Shown here piece after piece: positions 24,122 through 36,326 of a stretch of DNA of 64,000 nt. Position numbers and translations under genes: made by a program. Origin of the DNA: Basidiobolus meristosporus CBS 931.73 (taxonomy: Eukaryota > Fungi > Basidiobolomycota); contig MCFE01000355.1 in assembly GCA_002104905.1 (NCBI GenBank), positions 1-64,000 of the forward strand. The letters are read 5' to 3'. How positions within the stretch are numbered: position 1 is the stretch's first letter; each line of letters opens with the position of its first letter. The notes under the pieces are model-generated. The model was not told the DNA's origin. It ran no database searches and saw nothing but the letters and a program-made list of their open reading frames with translations.

Positions 24122-24694
24122 AGCTATTAACCATAGTTGCATTCTTATCAAGAACCTGCTGTTACACTTCACAGTAGTTTTGACTTTGGAAGCATTAGTA
24201 CATGGACATCTAAAGGGATGCTAAGCCCACCTCATACTTCTGTAAAGATGCCAACTAAGTTAGGGATTGTAGCTTAAGAGTCATCCCTTGCTAAGCTTGC
24301 GGCTTTATACCCTTAGGATCCAAGTTGAGATAAAACTCAAATATTCTTAGCAAGCATTTGCCAGAGGTTATTGTGCTCAATGAACACCCTACAAACAAAA
24401 CACTTGGGAATTGTTGGACCATGTACTAGCTTGAATATAGTCATCACCACAGTGCAAACTAAGTCAAGTAAGTACATATCATATTTGTCCCATCTTAGCC
24501 TTCTGAACTTGGCATGCAAAATGATAGGTCTGCAGAATTAGGCTTGCTGATGGATTGTGAACCTATCACCCCCAGAGCAGTACCAAGCATGAGATCAGCA
24601 AGAACACAATATGAGAGGTGACAACACCCATGGATGGAAATACAAGAATACTCTATGGGGCTAAAAGGGCCCAGAAGTGACAATGAATGCCTTA
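24122..24694 (+). repeat. B'-like LTR/retroelement fragment between two CACTA ends
   Basis: 24122-24420 aligns to ~31870-32170. Confidence 0.6.
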
Positions 24695-26817
24695 CCCTAT
24701 GAAAAATTATTGTAATGATCCCATCAAAAGGCCATCACATAGTTAAGGTTCCATGACTAAGAGGTACCGGTCCCATCAGGACACCATCCAGAGACTGTTG
24801 CAAAATAATTGCACCACAGACTTCACCAAAAGCTTAGTCAAAATTTTTCATCACAACAATATATTAGTGGCTGTTGATTGGTTGCCTGCCAATTTGCTCA
24901 CTTTCTGATCCCAGGCACTCTATCACCTCCTGTGTTAATGTGAATTGATTGGCAATTACCATGTATTCACACTCCTTACTCACTGACTCAACCATTGCTC
25001 TTACTTTTATGTAAACCATATGATTAGTATCTGCTGAAACTTTGGTTGTACCTCAATTGCCAATTTTATTGATCTATGCAAGCTCCTATACCCTACACTA
25101 ACATTAATCCCAACCCCACATTCAACAAGTAACTCCCTTAAAGTTCACCACTGAATAATTATTGCTGCTGCAATGCTCTGGTTCCACAACTTTGGTGGGA
25201 GCCCAACAGCTTTATGCCACTGACCATTCACTGGTTCCCACATGTCCCGGCCTTCAGCTGGCACTGCAAGTTCTAGTACCTCATCTGCCAGTCTTTGCAA
25301 TAAATCCTTGCAATATTCAGTGCGTTTTTCTGAGCACTGCTCTCAAAGAAGTGCTGCAACCTCTTGGTGTGCCAATTAATGTTCCAAAACTCCACTGAAG
25401 GCATTGTGATAGTCTTTCAAGTTCTTGATATAGAAGCCTTGTCTGTAAGTGGGATCTCCACTCTTTCAACAATGGAGTATGTGGAGGCAGTGGTAGACAA
25501 CTTGCCTTTTTCTGCAAGCTCAACTACCTTGCTGGAGTGTAGCTCAAATAGCTGCACTTCCAACTCTTGCAAAAACAACTATTTTCTTGTTGTACTGCTT
25601 CTTAGATATGATGGGATTCAGTCTGTTCTGGGCTTGTGGCATTAATTGTTGAGAACTGCTGTTTTTCTTGCATGCCTTCCTGTCTCAGGCTTGGGTAGAC
25701 ATTTTTCCCTTTAATGCTTTCTTTATCACTGCCATGTTATTCACTTATAGTTTGTCTGCATGCTTCTTGTAATGAACTACATTTTCTGCTTGATAAATCA
25801 TGCCTTGACACATTTGTTTTGACCTACTTGTCCCTTGCTGACACTCTCCTGGCAACCTGATGTTTTTTTTGTGCTTGTTTCAAGCTCCCAACTGTAGTTG
25901 AGATGGGCTCCTATGAAAGCCGCTGGTTTTTATCACTGCCAGATCCTTCACTCTACTTTGACTGAGTGCTTCTTAAGTGGCACTATGCTTTTTCCTTGAT
26001 AGCTGTTGTGCCAATGCATCTGTGTCTGTCTGCTTGTCCCTACTTGGCACTCTTTCAGCTACCTGACATCTATTAGACTTGTTCCATCATACCGTGCCAG
26101 GGTGTGCGGCGCAATCCATGGTTGCAAAGAACAATTGGGCGCAATATTATAGCTACCAGAAGGAAGGATCATTCTTGGACAATTTTGCACTATGCGGGAC
26201 GATCTTGCACTCTATGGCACAATCTGACACAATGAGGTTGGAACGGATGATCACGCCAACTCGTAATGTTTGCATCACGTGCACAATTGGATACCGCTAT
26301 TATGGCAGGTAAAATCCGGTATTTGGATATGTTTCTTTAATGCAAATGGAAATAAATGTGTATCACACTATAAACTACACTAATACTTACCATTTTGGTT
26401 ACCCTCACTCCAATTGGACGGTATCTCAGTGGTTAATTGGTCCAAAAGTATCCTGAAGCGGGCAGCCCCCAATTGGCTCATTGACTACCAAAAAAGCTAC
26501 CGGATTTGCCATCAAATATCCCATTTTGCTTATTGAGCAAGTAAATCCCTGATCCTAGTGATTGGACAAGGTGTCATAGCCAGCACGCGAGCGATTGTGT
26601 AGGTGCAAAACAGATCCAATAGCTGCACTGGTATTACAGATGACGTATATATATGCAGGGTGTTTATTTTTAGGGGTTCTGTCTCAAATGTGAGACGACC
26701 TTGATATTACTTATATCAAAAATTTGATGATCACTGATTTGCGACGGCTTGATCCTGATTGCAAAAAAAAAGGGTTGTTGGGATCATTACAAATGTGAGC
26801 AATTCAAAGCAATCGCA

Positions 26818-28062
26818 TCATCTTCTCCTGGGTTTTTTTCTCACAGGGATTACTACTGAAGCATTTGGTAGTGACTCACTTTGCACACCTATACTACTTC
26901 CTGGCTGACTATCATCTTGGCTACTTGTGTATTTGTAGTCAGTATTTTGCCTCCTAGTTGATGAATGCAATGCTGCAGCTTGGCTGCGCTGAATTGCTCC
27001 GGCTGAACAAACTGAACCAGCCTGTGGTGCCACGTGCTGACGCGTTCTTTTACTTGCCAAGGGCTCCGGTGGTTGAGGCACTTCATGTGGTCATCATCAG
27101 TCAGTTCACCAGAAGTAACTTGCTGATGGTCAGGCAAAACAGCACGCGCAGGCGCGCCTTGACGTGTTGAGATGGCCCTTGGCTGAGTTTGATGTGATGC
27201 TGCAAGTTGACGCAACTTGGTCCGCTCCAATGGACTCGTGTCTAAATGAGCAGTTTGGCAAGTTCTCGTAGTTTTGCTCTGAAGCGCGCGTTGACCCGAC
27301 GCGTGTTGACTTGAGGCGTGGCATTCCGGTAAAGGGTGTTGGCGTACTCTGGACTGACGTGCGCCGGCACGCTGTGGTTGCAAGAGATGGTAGGGAATCC
27401 AGCAAGGCGTGCTGGCGCAATCTGGATGATGTTGCTTGCGGTCTGTATTCTTCCTCCTGAAGCTCACCATCTGATTCCTCAAGGTATTCACTTACCCTCT
27501 GTCTGATACTTTGGAGCTGTTGCCTGGATGAGTCCTGTGTATATTGCTCTTGGAAGCCACTTAGCTCTACTAATATGTCACGTAGTACATTAGTCATTTG
27601 AGGCAAAAACTCATTCAAAATCTCTTTGGTTCCCAAAGTTGAGGCACCAACGGACGCGTCCGGCCCGTACTGTGCAAATTGCGCGCAAAATTGCTCCTGC
27701 GTGGCTTCTTTGTCAAATCCCCTCACTCTCAGCTCATTCTTGATTTCAATACTTGTCTTGTTATATATCTTTTTACATACATCGGCTGGCATCTTGATGT
27801 AGAACTCATGCCACAGCTTTCTACTCAAATTCTTCTATCTTTGTCAACTCTCTGAGGTATCTAGTTCTGCTAGATTAATCAGTAGTGCCCAAATATCTGT
27901 ATGAAGGCTCATCATAGACACTTGGGCCATACTAAAATCATTTGGCAAGAACTCAAACAGATCCGACATTGACTTTTCTGGTCCGGACCGCGCTTGTGAG
28001 CTGGGGGATAGGTTTTGTCTGGGTTGTACAAAAGATGAGTTGAGGCTTGGTATGGGGACCAA
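26818..28062 (-). pseudogene. PHIS ORF2 of copy 3, two stops and a frameshift
   Basis: Track ORFs 27844-28062, 27130-27828 and 26818-27081 are pieces of the copy-1 ORF2. Confidence 0.8.
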
Positions 28063-28421
28063 AGCAACGGATTTGGATACTTATACAGCAGTATATTGAC
28101 ATCAACCTGGTCTTATATGAAATATATATGAAAACTAATGTGATTGTTGAAATCTCCATATATTATGCATGATGCATCTTGGATTGCGTTGACACGCATC
28201 AGATCACATCAATCGCAGATTTCCTATTTGATTATAGACCTATGATTAAAGCATCAATAAAAGTATCAAGGCATTGTTTGCGGATGATTTTTGCGACATA
28301 ATGATGGGATACGTGGCAATTGATGGAGATTTAACCATAATGTATTAAAAATCAGATAAATAAGGTGGATTGCGCCAAGTCAATTCAAACCGCCTTTATA
28401 CAATCATCCACCAATTTTAAT

Positions 28422-29306
28422 ATGACTTACTCATCTGAATGGTCTTTTCTCTTCAATCCCATTACTACCACTGGATTTCCTTTTGACACACCAGAGGAGA
28501 TCTATTCCAAGTACTGTGGACCATCAACCCCAATCTACTCAAGGAGATCCCTTGTCATGCTTCTCTGCTATTACAAGAGCTATTGCCCTACAAGGTTTCA
28601 TCCCACCATCCATGGCGACAAAAGTCCTAGAAGCTTTCATTCCCAGCTGACAGCAATGGAGAACCACCTTGCAGAGGGTATGAATGACTTAGAGCAAGCT
28701 TGGAATACTAGGTTCAGAAGCTCCAATAGACTTCCATATTCCAGAGTGTTCAGCAACAGGTTCCATATCAGGAGTATTTTGGATACCTTCCCAGTGAGGA
28801 TTAACAGACCTTCTAGAGGGCAGAGACACTTTTATTCTGGCAAGTACAAGGCACACTGTGTGAAGTTTCAAGCACTGTCTGATATTGAGGGTAACATCAT
28901 CTGGTTTAGTGGGCCATTTGCTGGAAGTAGGCATGACAAAGCACTCTGGGTAGAGAATCATCCTGAATTCAGTAGAGGGGAGAAATGTGTGGCAGACTTA
29001 GCTTATATAGGAGAGGATTGTCAGAGATTAGGATGTATTACAGCTTATAGGAAGCCAAGGAATGGTGTACTTAGCAGGAAGCAGAAGCTCTACAATGAGA
29101 TATTTAATCATTTCAGAGTAAGGGTAGAGCACACATTTGGATATCTGAAGAGATTCAGCATATTGGCAGGTAAATACAGAGGAAAGTCATATATAGGAGA
29201 AAACAGCAGAATAGGTAAAATAGTTAAGATACTTATTAATGCACAGTATGTTCATACAAGAAGACATCCACTGAGAGAAATGTGTTTGGAGCATTATGAA
29301 GAGTAA
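28422..29306 (+). CDS. PHIS DDE transposase, intact, 294 aa
   Basis: Near-identical to 7496-8380; ATG at 28422. Confidence 0.93.
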   Translation: MTYSSEWSFLFNPITTTGFPFDTPEEIYSKYCGPSTPIYSRRSLVMLLCYYKSYCPTRFHPTIHGDKSPRSFHSQLTAMENHLAEGMNDLEQAWNTRFRSSNRLPYSRVFSNRFHIRSILDTFPVRINRPSRGQRHFYSGKYKAHCVKFQALSDIEGNIIWFSGPFAGSRHDKALWVENHPEFSRGEKCVADLAYIGEDCQRLGCITAYRKPRNGVLSRKQKLYNEIFNHFRVRVEHTFGYLKRFSILAGKYRGKSYIGENSRIGKIVKILINAQYVHTRRHPLREMCLEHYEE

Positions 29307-29918
29307 ATAAAGCAAGGAAAGCACTATTCTGAGTAACATAAGTAAGATTGAGTAAAATTACCAGTAACTGTATCATACCACTGGCATCATGGTAGAAATT
29401 ATAGTGCCAGATAGTGCCATAGGGTGCCAGATTGATCCAGCACTATAAACAGGCTGGCACTATGTGGCACTATCCAATGGAACAAGTCTATTTAACACTT
29501 GTCTGGAGCTTTTGGCCCCGCTTTTAACAGGCTCTTAAGGAAGCCACTGGTTTTTAGCCATGGCACCCTTGTTCTTCTGCCGTTAATAGCTTCTCCTATT
29601 CTTAAGAAACTTTGTCAGCATACCAATGCTGGCCCAAGTTCTGTTTTCCTGTTTGAGTCCAGGATAATGCTCATTGAACAAGTCATGTGCATACCGCTTT
29701 GCCTTGAGTTTTTGCTGTGTTTGCTACATTCTCATCTGCCTGAGCATAACAGTCTGCTTCCGGCTATGCAGAGGTTCTACATTGCCTACTTAACTGAGAG
29801 CCTGAGGAGTGTGTATTATTACCTTCAGTAGGTGCACTGTTAACATGGTCTTTTTTGGATGTAGCCCCACTTGTTGACCTGAATGTTGAAGCCAGCTGTT
29901 TTCCAACTGTTCTTCCGC

Positions 29919-30722
29919 TGTGGTGGTGTAGAGGTACTCCTGGGAGAAGCTACACAACTCAAGGTGTGTGAGGTGTCTGATGGGTGCAATAACCTCTGTG
30001 TCTAAACTGCTGGTGTCTTTGTCAATATGTCACTATGGTAAAAGCTCCTGCTTCTCTAGCTTCCTAGGTGCTCCAAGTGTCTCCAAAGGCCTCTGTGTGT
30101 CTTGTGCACTACCCTGAAAAGCTCCTTGATGGCAGGTCTGAGATGTACTGTTGAAGGCAGGTGCAGTGATCAACTGCTAATCAATAAGGTAGAAGTGTTA
30201 CTGATAGAAGGGATGATTTATTGATGAGGGATTGCTTTCCCTTAAATACTTTTCCTGATTGCCAAGTGATTACTAATGACAAGGTTCTAGAAGATTCTAG
30301 GTATCAGTGGAATTCTTGATGACATCACTACGAGCTAAAAATATGCCAAGAATGTCCTGGAAGGTTCTAAAAGGCACAGCACTCTCAACCAATCAGGAAT
30401 CAATAGTCTGAAACCTGTGCAACATAGAAATACCATATATGGTATTGAAATGATAGAGATGGTAACACAGACCTAGGTCATGTGTCACGGGTACTGACGC
30501 GGGTACTTGCCTTATATAGATACATCTACTGATCACAAAGCTGAATAACATCTGGGATAACTAATGCTAATAACTAATCAGGGTAAACATCATATGGGGA
30601 TAATACTGATAATATGGGCAAAAGAAGAATGGGATAATACTGATAAGATAAAATATGGATAAGTATATCATAATGACTATATGAATAAACTTGTCTGTGG
30701 GAGGTATGTTTACCCTACCACA
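29919..30722 (-). repeat. Solo LTR of family B (804 bp)
   Basis: Reverse complement of 14903-15706; TSD CCGC (29915-29918, 30723-30726). Confidence 0.95.
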
Positions 30723-31130
30723 CCGCTGCCATCAGCAGTGGTGGTTGGTTAGGAACCAGACAACTTTGCTTTATTTTTTGGCGGCATATATACGGAAGTG
30801 AGTCAAACTAAAGGGGAAATAGTGCTTCATATATGTGTAGATGTGGTGCCACAGCTTTATTTATGTTGTTTACTATGGCAGGACATCATTCAATCTTACA
30901 TTCATGTAGGTGCAATGTCTCAAATACAATACTGTTTTAAGTTTACATGAGTATTGACAAACAGTGATATAAAAGCATTATGTTGTTCAAGGTCAAACTT
31001 TTTGCCACATTGACAAGACTACTTAGATATGATGCTGTAAGAGAAGAGAAAAAAGACCATGTGGCTATTGTAGCAAGCCTCTCAACCATGAAGCACACAG
31101 ACAGCATAGGAAGTATTTCAAGGATCATGG

Positions 31131-32199
31131 TGTAGTGGGGTCATAGTGACACCCACTGACAGATGTCCTCATTCCCATATTTTCTACTTCCCTATATCTC
31201 TACTGCACTTATTGTAGTTTTACCCATTTGTCTCACCTGATCAGTACTATCCCATAAGCAAGTTAACTATTGCACCTGCTTACCTTATTGCACAAGTTAT
31301 CCCTCACTTTATGTAAGATTACTGGTGATAAGTGCTTCTATATTTGAAAGTACCTGCGCCAGTACCTGTGACACATGATCAAACTGTGTCACCATCCCTA
31401 CCATTTCCATACCATATATGGTATCCCTATGCTACACAGGCTTCAGAGTACTAATTCCTGATTGATTGGATGTGCTGTGCCTCTTAGAACCTTCCAGCAC
31501 CTACTTAGAATACTCTTAGCCCATTCTGGTGTCATTAAGATTTCTATTTATCTTGGGAACCTTCTGGAACACCATGATTGGTAATCACCTTGTCAGTGAG
31601 AAAAGTATATAAGGGAGGCAATCCCTCAACAATAAATCATCATCCCTTTTATCAACATATCAACTAGTTGATTAGTGTGATCACTGCTACCTGCGGCTAC
31701 CTAAACTTCCAACCCCAGACCACAGGACACTCCCAGGAAACCATGCTGACAGCCAACTGACCTTGGAGGCACTACCTGTGAGGATTACTCAGAGTAGTTA
31801 TCTTTTACTATATTTGATTCTTTGCCAAGTTTGTTCTTTTACAGGCAAAGATACTTTTCTGTCTTTGTAACTGTTGACCACAGCTGCACTCTTATCAAGT
31901 CCCTGCTGGTGGGGTTTACAGTTGTTTTGACTTTGGAAACTTTAGTACATTGTCATCTCAAAGGATGCTGAACCCAGCACATACTTTTATTAAGACACAA
32001 ACTAAGTTGGGGATTGTAGCTCCATAGTTTGCCCTTGACAAGCTTGCGGCTTTATTCCCCATCACATTAGATTAGAGACAGAGCCCAAGTATTCCTAGCA
32101 AGCTTTTGCCAGAGATTATTACACCCAGTGAACACCCCACGCACAAAACACTTGAGAAGTGTTGGACATATCTCTCCCTTAGACCTATACACCACCACA
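31131..32199 (+). repeat. Solo LTR of related family B' (1069 bp)
   Basis: TGTAGTGGGG...ACACCACCACA with TSD ATGG. Shares motifs with LTR B (GTACCYGCG.CAGTACCYGTGACAC, ATACCATATATGGTAT, 3' end). The CACTA host resumes collinearly. Confidence 0.85.
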
Positions 32200-34184
32200 A
32201 TGGCCCATATTTTGCCACACAAGTCATATTTGACCATTCACCAGTCAATACTGTGCCAACATTATCTTGCCAGCCAGTTGATACTTCTATATTGGCACCT
32301 GGCCATCTTTGTCACCTTGTGCAAACTGAGTCAGGAGAGTTTGTGACACCTTTAGGCCCACCTCAGCATTCAGAATATGGCACACAGAGTGATAGCTCTG
32401 ACAAAGAAGGTTCACTGATGAATTGTGTGCCTATCTCACCTGATAACACTACCACATATGAGCCCAGTCAAATCTCAATATCCAAACAGAGAACACCCAA
32501 TAAAGCAAATGCCAATGATACTTTATGGAGCCAAGTGAGCCCTGTAATCCATCTATTGGTGAATGATGTAATGTTGTGGCTAGAGAAGTAGGACATTTCC
32601 ACCAATATCAGTAATGGGGGCTTTGAGGATTCATTACTACTTCTTGCCAAAATCATTCCAGGATGCAACTTACCATGTACATGGTACAAATGAACAGCTG
32701 GTAATGGACACATGGTACAAGTAGACAACCATCATGTGGCTGGCAACATAATGCAAGGACTACTTTAAAGGTATGTATGACCATACTGTTGCTTTAGCAC
32801 TTAATGCATTCTCATTAAGCAAGTACTCTACCAGCAAATCCTGCTGGCCACTGATTCTCATCAATCTGAATCTGCTGCCCATTGTACAGTATCAGAGCAA
32901 TAATCTGAAGGTATTCTCACTGGTATCTGGGCATAAATCACCATCCAACTAGGATAGCTACCTGTATCCATTGCTGGATGAAATTTTTATGCTTTACAGC
33001 GGGATAGCAATATTTGGCAGCCATGTAAAAGCGCATATTAGTATCTGCATTAGAGATAACCCAGCCATCAGCAAGATAGCAGGCTTTCCCAGGCACAATG
33101 GATGGTATTGCTGCTGAATGTGTGAGATCCAGGGTATTTACTCCATAATTCACACAGATTATTATCACCCAAACACCAGCACTAAGAATGTCATCTTCTC
33201 ACAGAGAGAACATACAGAAGTCAGCATGCAATTGCAGCAAAGTTGGCAAGCTATATGCCATGGGCCAAAATATGGGATCAATTGGAAGCCAGAGATACTT
33301 AAGATAGAGGGTATCTGTTGGAGCAAAAGCTTTCCACTGGGAGCAAAGCATTTGCTTTTCAATAATATCCCTATACTGATGAGCAAGTTGTATATTTGAC
33401 ATTTCAAACTAAATGAGCCCTTCAAGATACTGGAGAAGTTTCGGAGAATTGGCAAAATATTATAGAGTATCTGCTACCTTAAGTACTTCTTACAGGCTCC
33501 AATCAATATTCATATGCACATGCAACAATATAAACACAAAGTCTGGATGAACTGGAAATGTATTTATTCAAGTGGCACTCTGAAGCCATTCCTACCAAGA
33601 GTACATTGGAAGCATTGGGAGTCATATGTGAGCATAGTAGGAATATTTATCCAGAAGCAGATCACCAATGTCAACATGACACCTCTACAGTTGTTGTGCA
33701 AGGAGTTGGTGAAAGGATTTGAGCAGCTATACTACAAACATAAAGCTGAATGTGTATATCTCTGCTGCTACTGCATCCATTCTCTACTCCATCTTTCACT
33801 GTGTGTGGAGAATATTAGACTTTGCCTCACCTTTTATGAGTTTCCTATGGAGCCAATATATGGGGAGATAGGAAGACAATTGAAATTGCAGGTAATACCA
33901 TATCCCAATCTCATCAGGAATAATACCTTCAAGTCTGTCATGGATGTGATGAGTTGGCACATGGAGGACAGCCAGGAAGAGTTGGAAAATACTGAGGATG
34001 AATGTGCACACGGAGACACCTATGCTTATGATATTTAGAAGCTAAGCAGCCCCAATGTGTGGGTAATCAGTTAAGTAATGCAAAGTTGGGTTGGGTGCAA
34101 CTAGCAACTAACTTTTATTGGGAAAACTTTACCAAGATATGCCAGATTTCTCTTGGTCACAAGCTAACTTCTACACCATTCAAT

Positions 34185-34917
34185 AGAATTGTTCTGTTGG
34201 ATAGTGCCACATTGAGCCATGAGTGCCAAATGATACCATGGTGTGCCAGAGAGGCTAAGTGAGCCTATTCTTGGCCACAGAGTGTGAAACATGGATCTGC
34301 ATCTTCATGCAAAGCAGCCCCTGTGTTTCACCTATGATGCAGGAGAAAATCCATTTTTTGACGTTTTTTTGTGGATCAATGTTATGCAGGATGTGTAAGA
34401 GCACGGAAGAACTGAAGACACGCATCAGTTACTCAATACCCATGGCACTCTGAATCTAGCTCCTGTGGCTTGTAACATGTCGCAACAATGCATGGCACTA
34501 TCTTGGTCCACTGGTACTATCTGGCACTCTAAGTGCTTTGTATAGATCTTACTTTAGGGCTAATAATTAAATATAGTGCCAGATAGTACCAGTGGACCAA
34601 GATAGTGCCATGCATTGTTGTAACATGTTACAAGCCACAGGAGCTAGATTCAGAGTGCCATGGGTATTGAGTACCATATGCATATTTTCAATCCTTTTGT
34701 GCTCTTACACATCCTGCACAACATTGTCCTAAAAAAAAAGGTCAAAAATGGATTTTCTCCAACACAATTGGTGAAACACAGGGGTTGCTTTGCATGAAGA
34801 TGCATATCTATATTTCACACTCTGTGGCCAAGTATAGGCTCACTTAGCCTCCCTGGCACACTATGACATCCTTTGGCACTTATGGCTCAATGTGGCACTA
34901 TTCAACGGAACAAGTCT
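34185..34917. mobile_element. Fold-back MITE with PHIS termini (733 bp)
   Basis: Inverted arms 34185-34528 and 34575-34917 with a 46-nt spacer; TSD AAT. Confidence 0.9.
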
Positions 34918-35645
34918 AATACAGAATTCACACAAACAAGGGCCAGAGTGCACCCATAAGAGGGACTAGAATCCAGCAGGAAGAAGGAACATATTGGCTG
35001 AGCACCAAGAAGATCTTTGCAGATCTTTAGGAGTTATTCATAGCAGTGTGACAACAGCCAAGTATATGTTTGCAAGATGTATATACTATCAGCTGTACAA
35101 TGTATATGGTAACTTTGCAAGTATTACACTAAAAAGCCATAAAGTTGAGGTGACAGGAGTATGTCAATTGCAGCAAGTGTGCATGTTTGTAGAGGTTAGT
35201 AAGCCAGAGGCCATACTTTTTTTTGATTCTAAATATATGTGAAACTATCAAGGTAGTAATGTTTAAGCAAATAAAGAGGGGCAATTCTACAGTGAACATA
35301 TGAATTGCACAAGGGGAGGTAGATAAAGGAAATACCTTTTGGTAAATTGGTATTGTAACATTATACTGAACTAGCTGAAGGCCACCATACTGGCAATATA
35401 ATGCCATCAGAATCTTGCTATGAGACTGTTGACATACCATCAAGATTTTTGCTATATAAGGCAATTTGATGTCCTGGCCAGCTAGATCCATTCAGAACAG
35501 ATGTAGAGCACAATAAGTCCATCAAACTGCCATGCAATTATTGCCATAGCACCAAATGAATCTTGCCTAGTTTTTAACTTTTTAGCAAAGCACTGACATG
35601 ATCCTGTCTTAAGACACCTGCGGGACTAACTTATTTTTCATAGGG

Positions 35646-36323
35646 CATAGCATGCCAGGGAGGCCAAGTGAGCCTATACTTGGCCACAGAGCCTGAAACA
35701 TAGTTTTTCATCTTCATGCAAAGCAGCCCATACAGCTTACCCATTGTACTGGAGAAAATTCTTTTTTTGACCTGTTTTTAGGGTCAATGTTGTACATGAG
35801 GTGGAAGACCATATAAGGATTGAGAATATATAACTGGTTCTCAATACCCATGGCACTCTGAGCCAAGCTCCTGCAGCTTGTAACATGACACAAAAATACA
35901 TGGTACTATCTTTATCCACTGGCACTATTTCCACTATATTACATGTTAGCCCTGAAGTAGAACCTGTACAAAGCAACTATAGTGCTGGATAGTACCAGTA
36001 GACTAAGATAGTGCAATGCATTTATGTGACATGTTACAAGGCACCAGAACCAGATTTGGATTGCCATGGGAATGAGTACTATATATACATGTTCAGTCCT
36101 TCTGTGCATTCAAACATCATGCACAGCATTGATCCCAAAAACCAGGTCAAAAAATAGATTTTCCTCAGCACAATGGGTGAAACACAAGGGCTATTTTGTA
36201 TAAAGATGATAAACTATGTTTGGCACTCTGTGACCCAGTGTTAGTATGCCATGCCTCTTTGGCACACAATGGCTCTAATTGGCACTCATAGCGTAATGCG
36301 GTACTGTCTAATGGAACAAGTCT
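35646..36323. mobile_element. Fold-back MITE, left end missing
   Basis: Both arms recognisable; right end GGAACAAGTCT followed by ATT. Confidence 0.8.
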
Positions 36324-36326
36324 ATT

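Larger units (their letters stand above)
26075..29489. mobile_element. PHIS copy 3, full length 3415 bp, opposite orientation to copy 1
   Basis: Termini intact; TSD ATT (26072-26074, 29490-29492). Confidence 0.93.
24695..35645. mobile_element. CACTA copy 3: both ends present, four nested insertions, net length ~4.9 kb
   Basis: Perfect 13-bp TIR CCCTATGAAAAAT (24695) / ATTTTTCATAGGG (35633-35645). ORF2 on - (ATG at 30787); transposase on + (~30890-35560), e.g. HSLLHLSLCVENIRLCLTFYEFPMEPIYGEIGRQLK...PYPNLIRNN. No matching TSD seen. Confidence 0.8.

Noticed and set aside
31745-31785. Frame reading ...PWRHYL*G in the B' LTR, resembling the RNase H motif
   Set aside because: Flanked by stops and not kept in the homologous fragment at ~19075-19115; probably chance.
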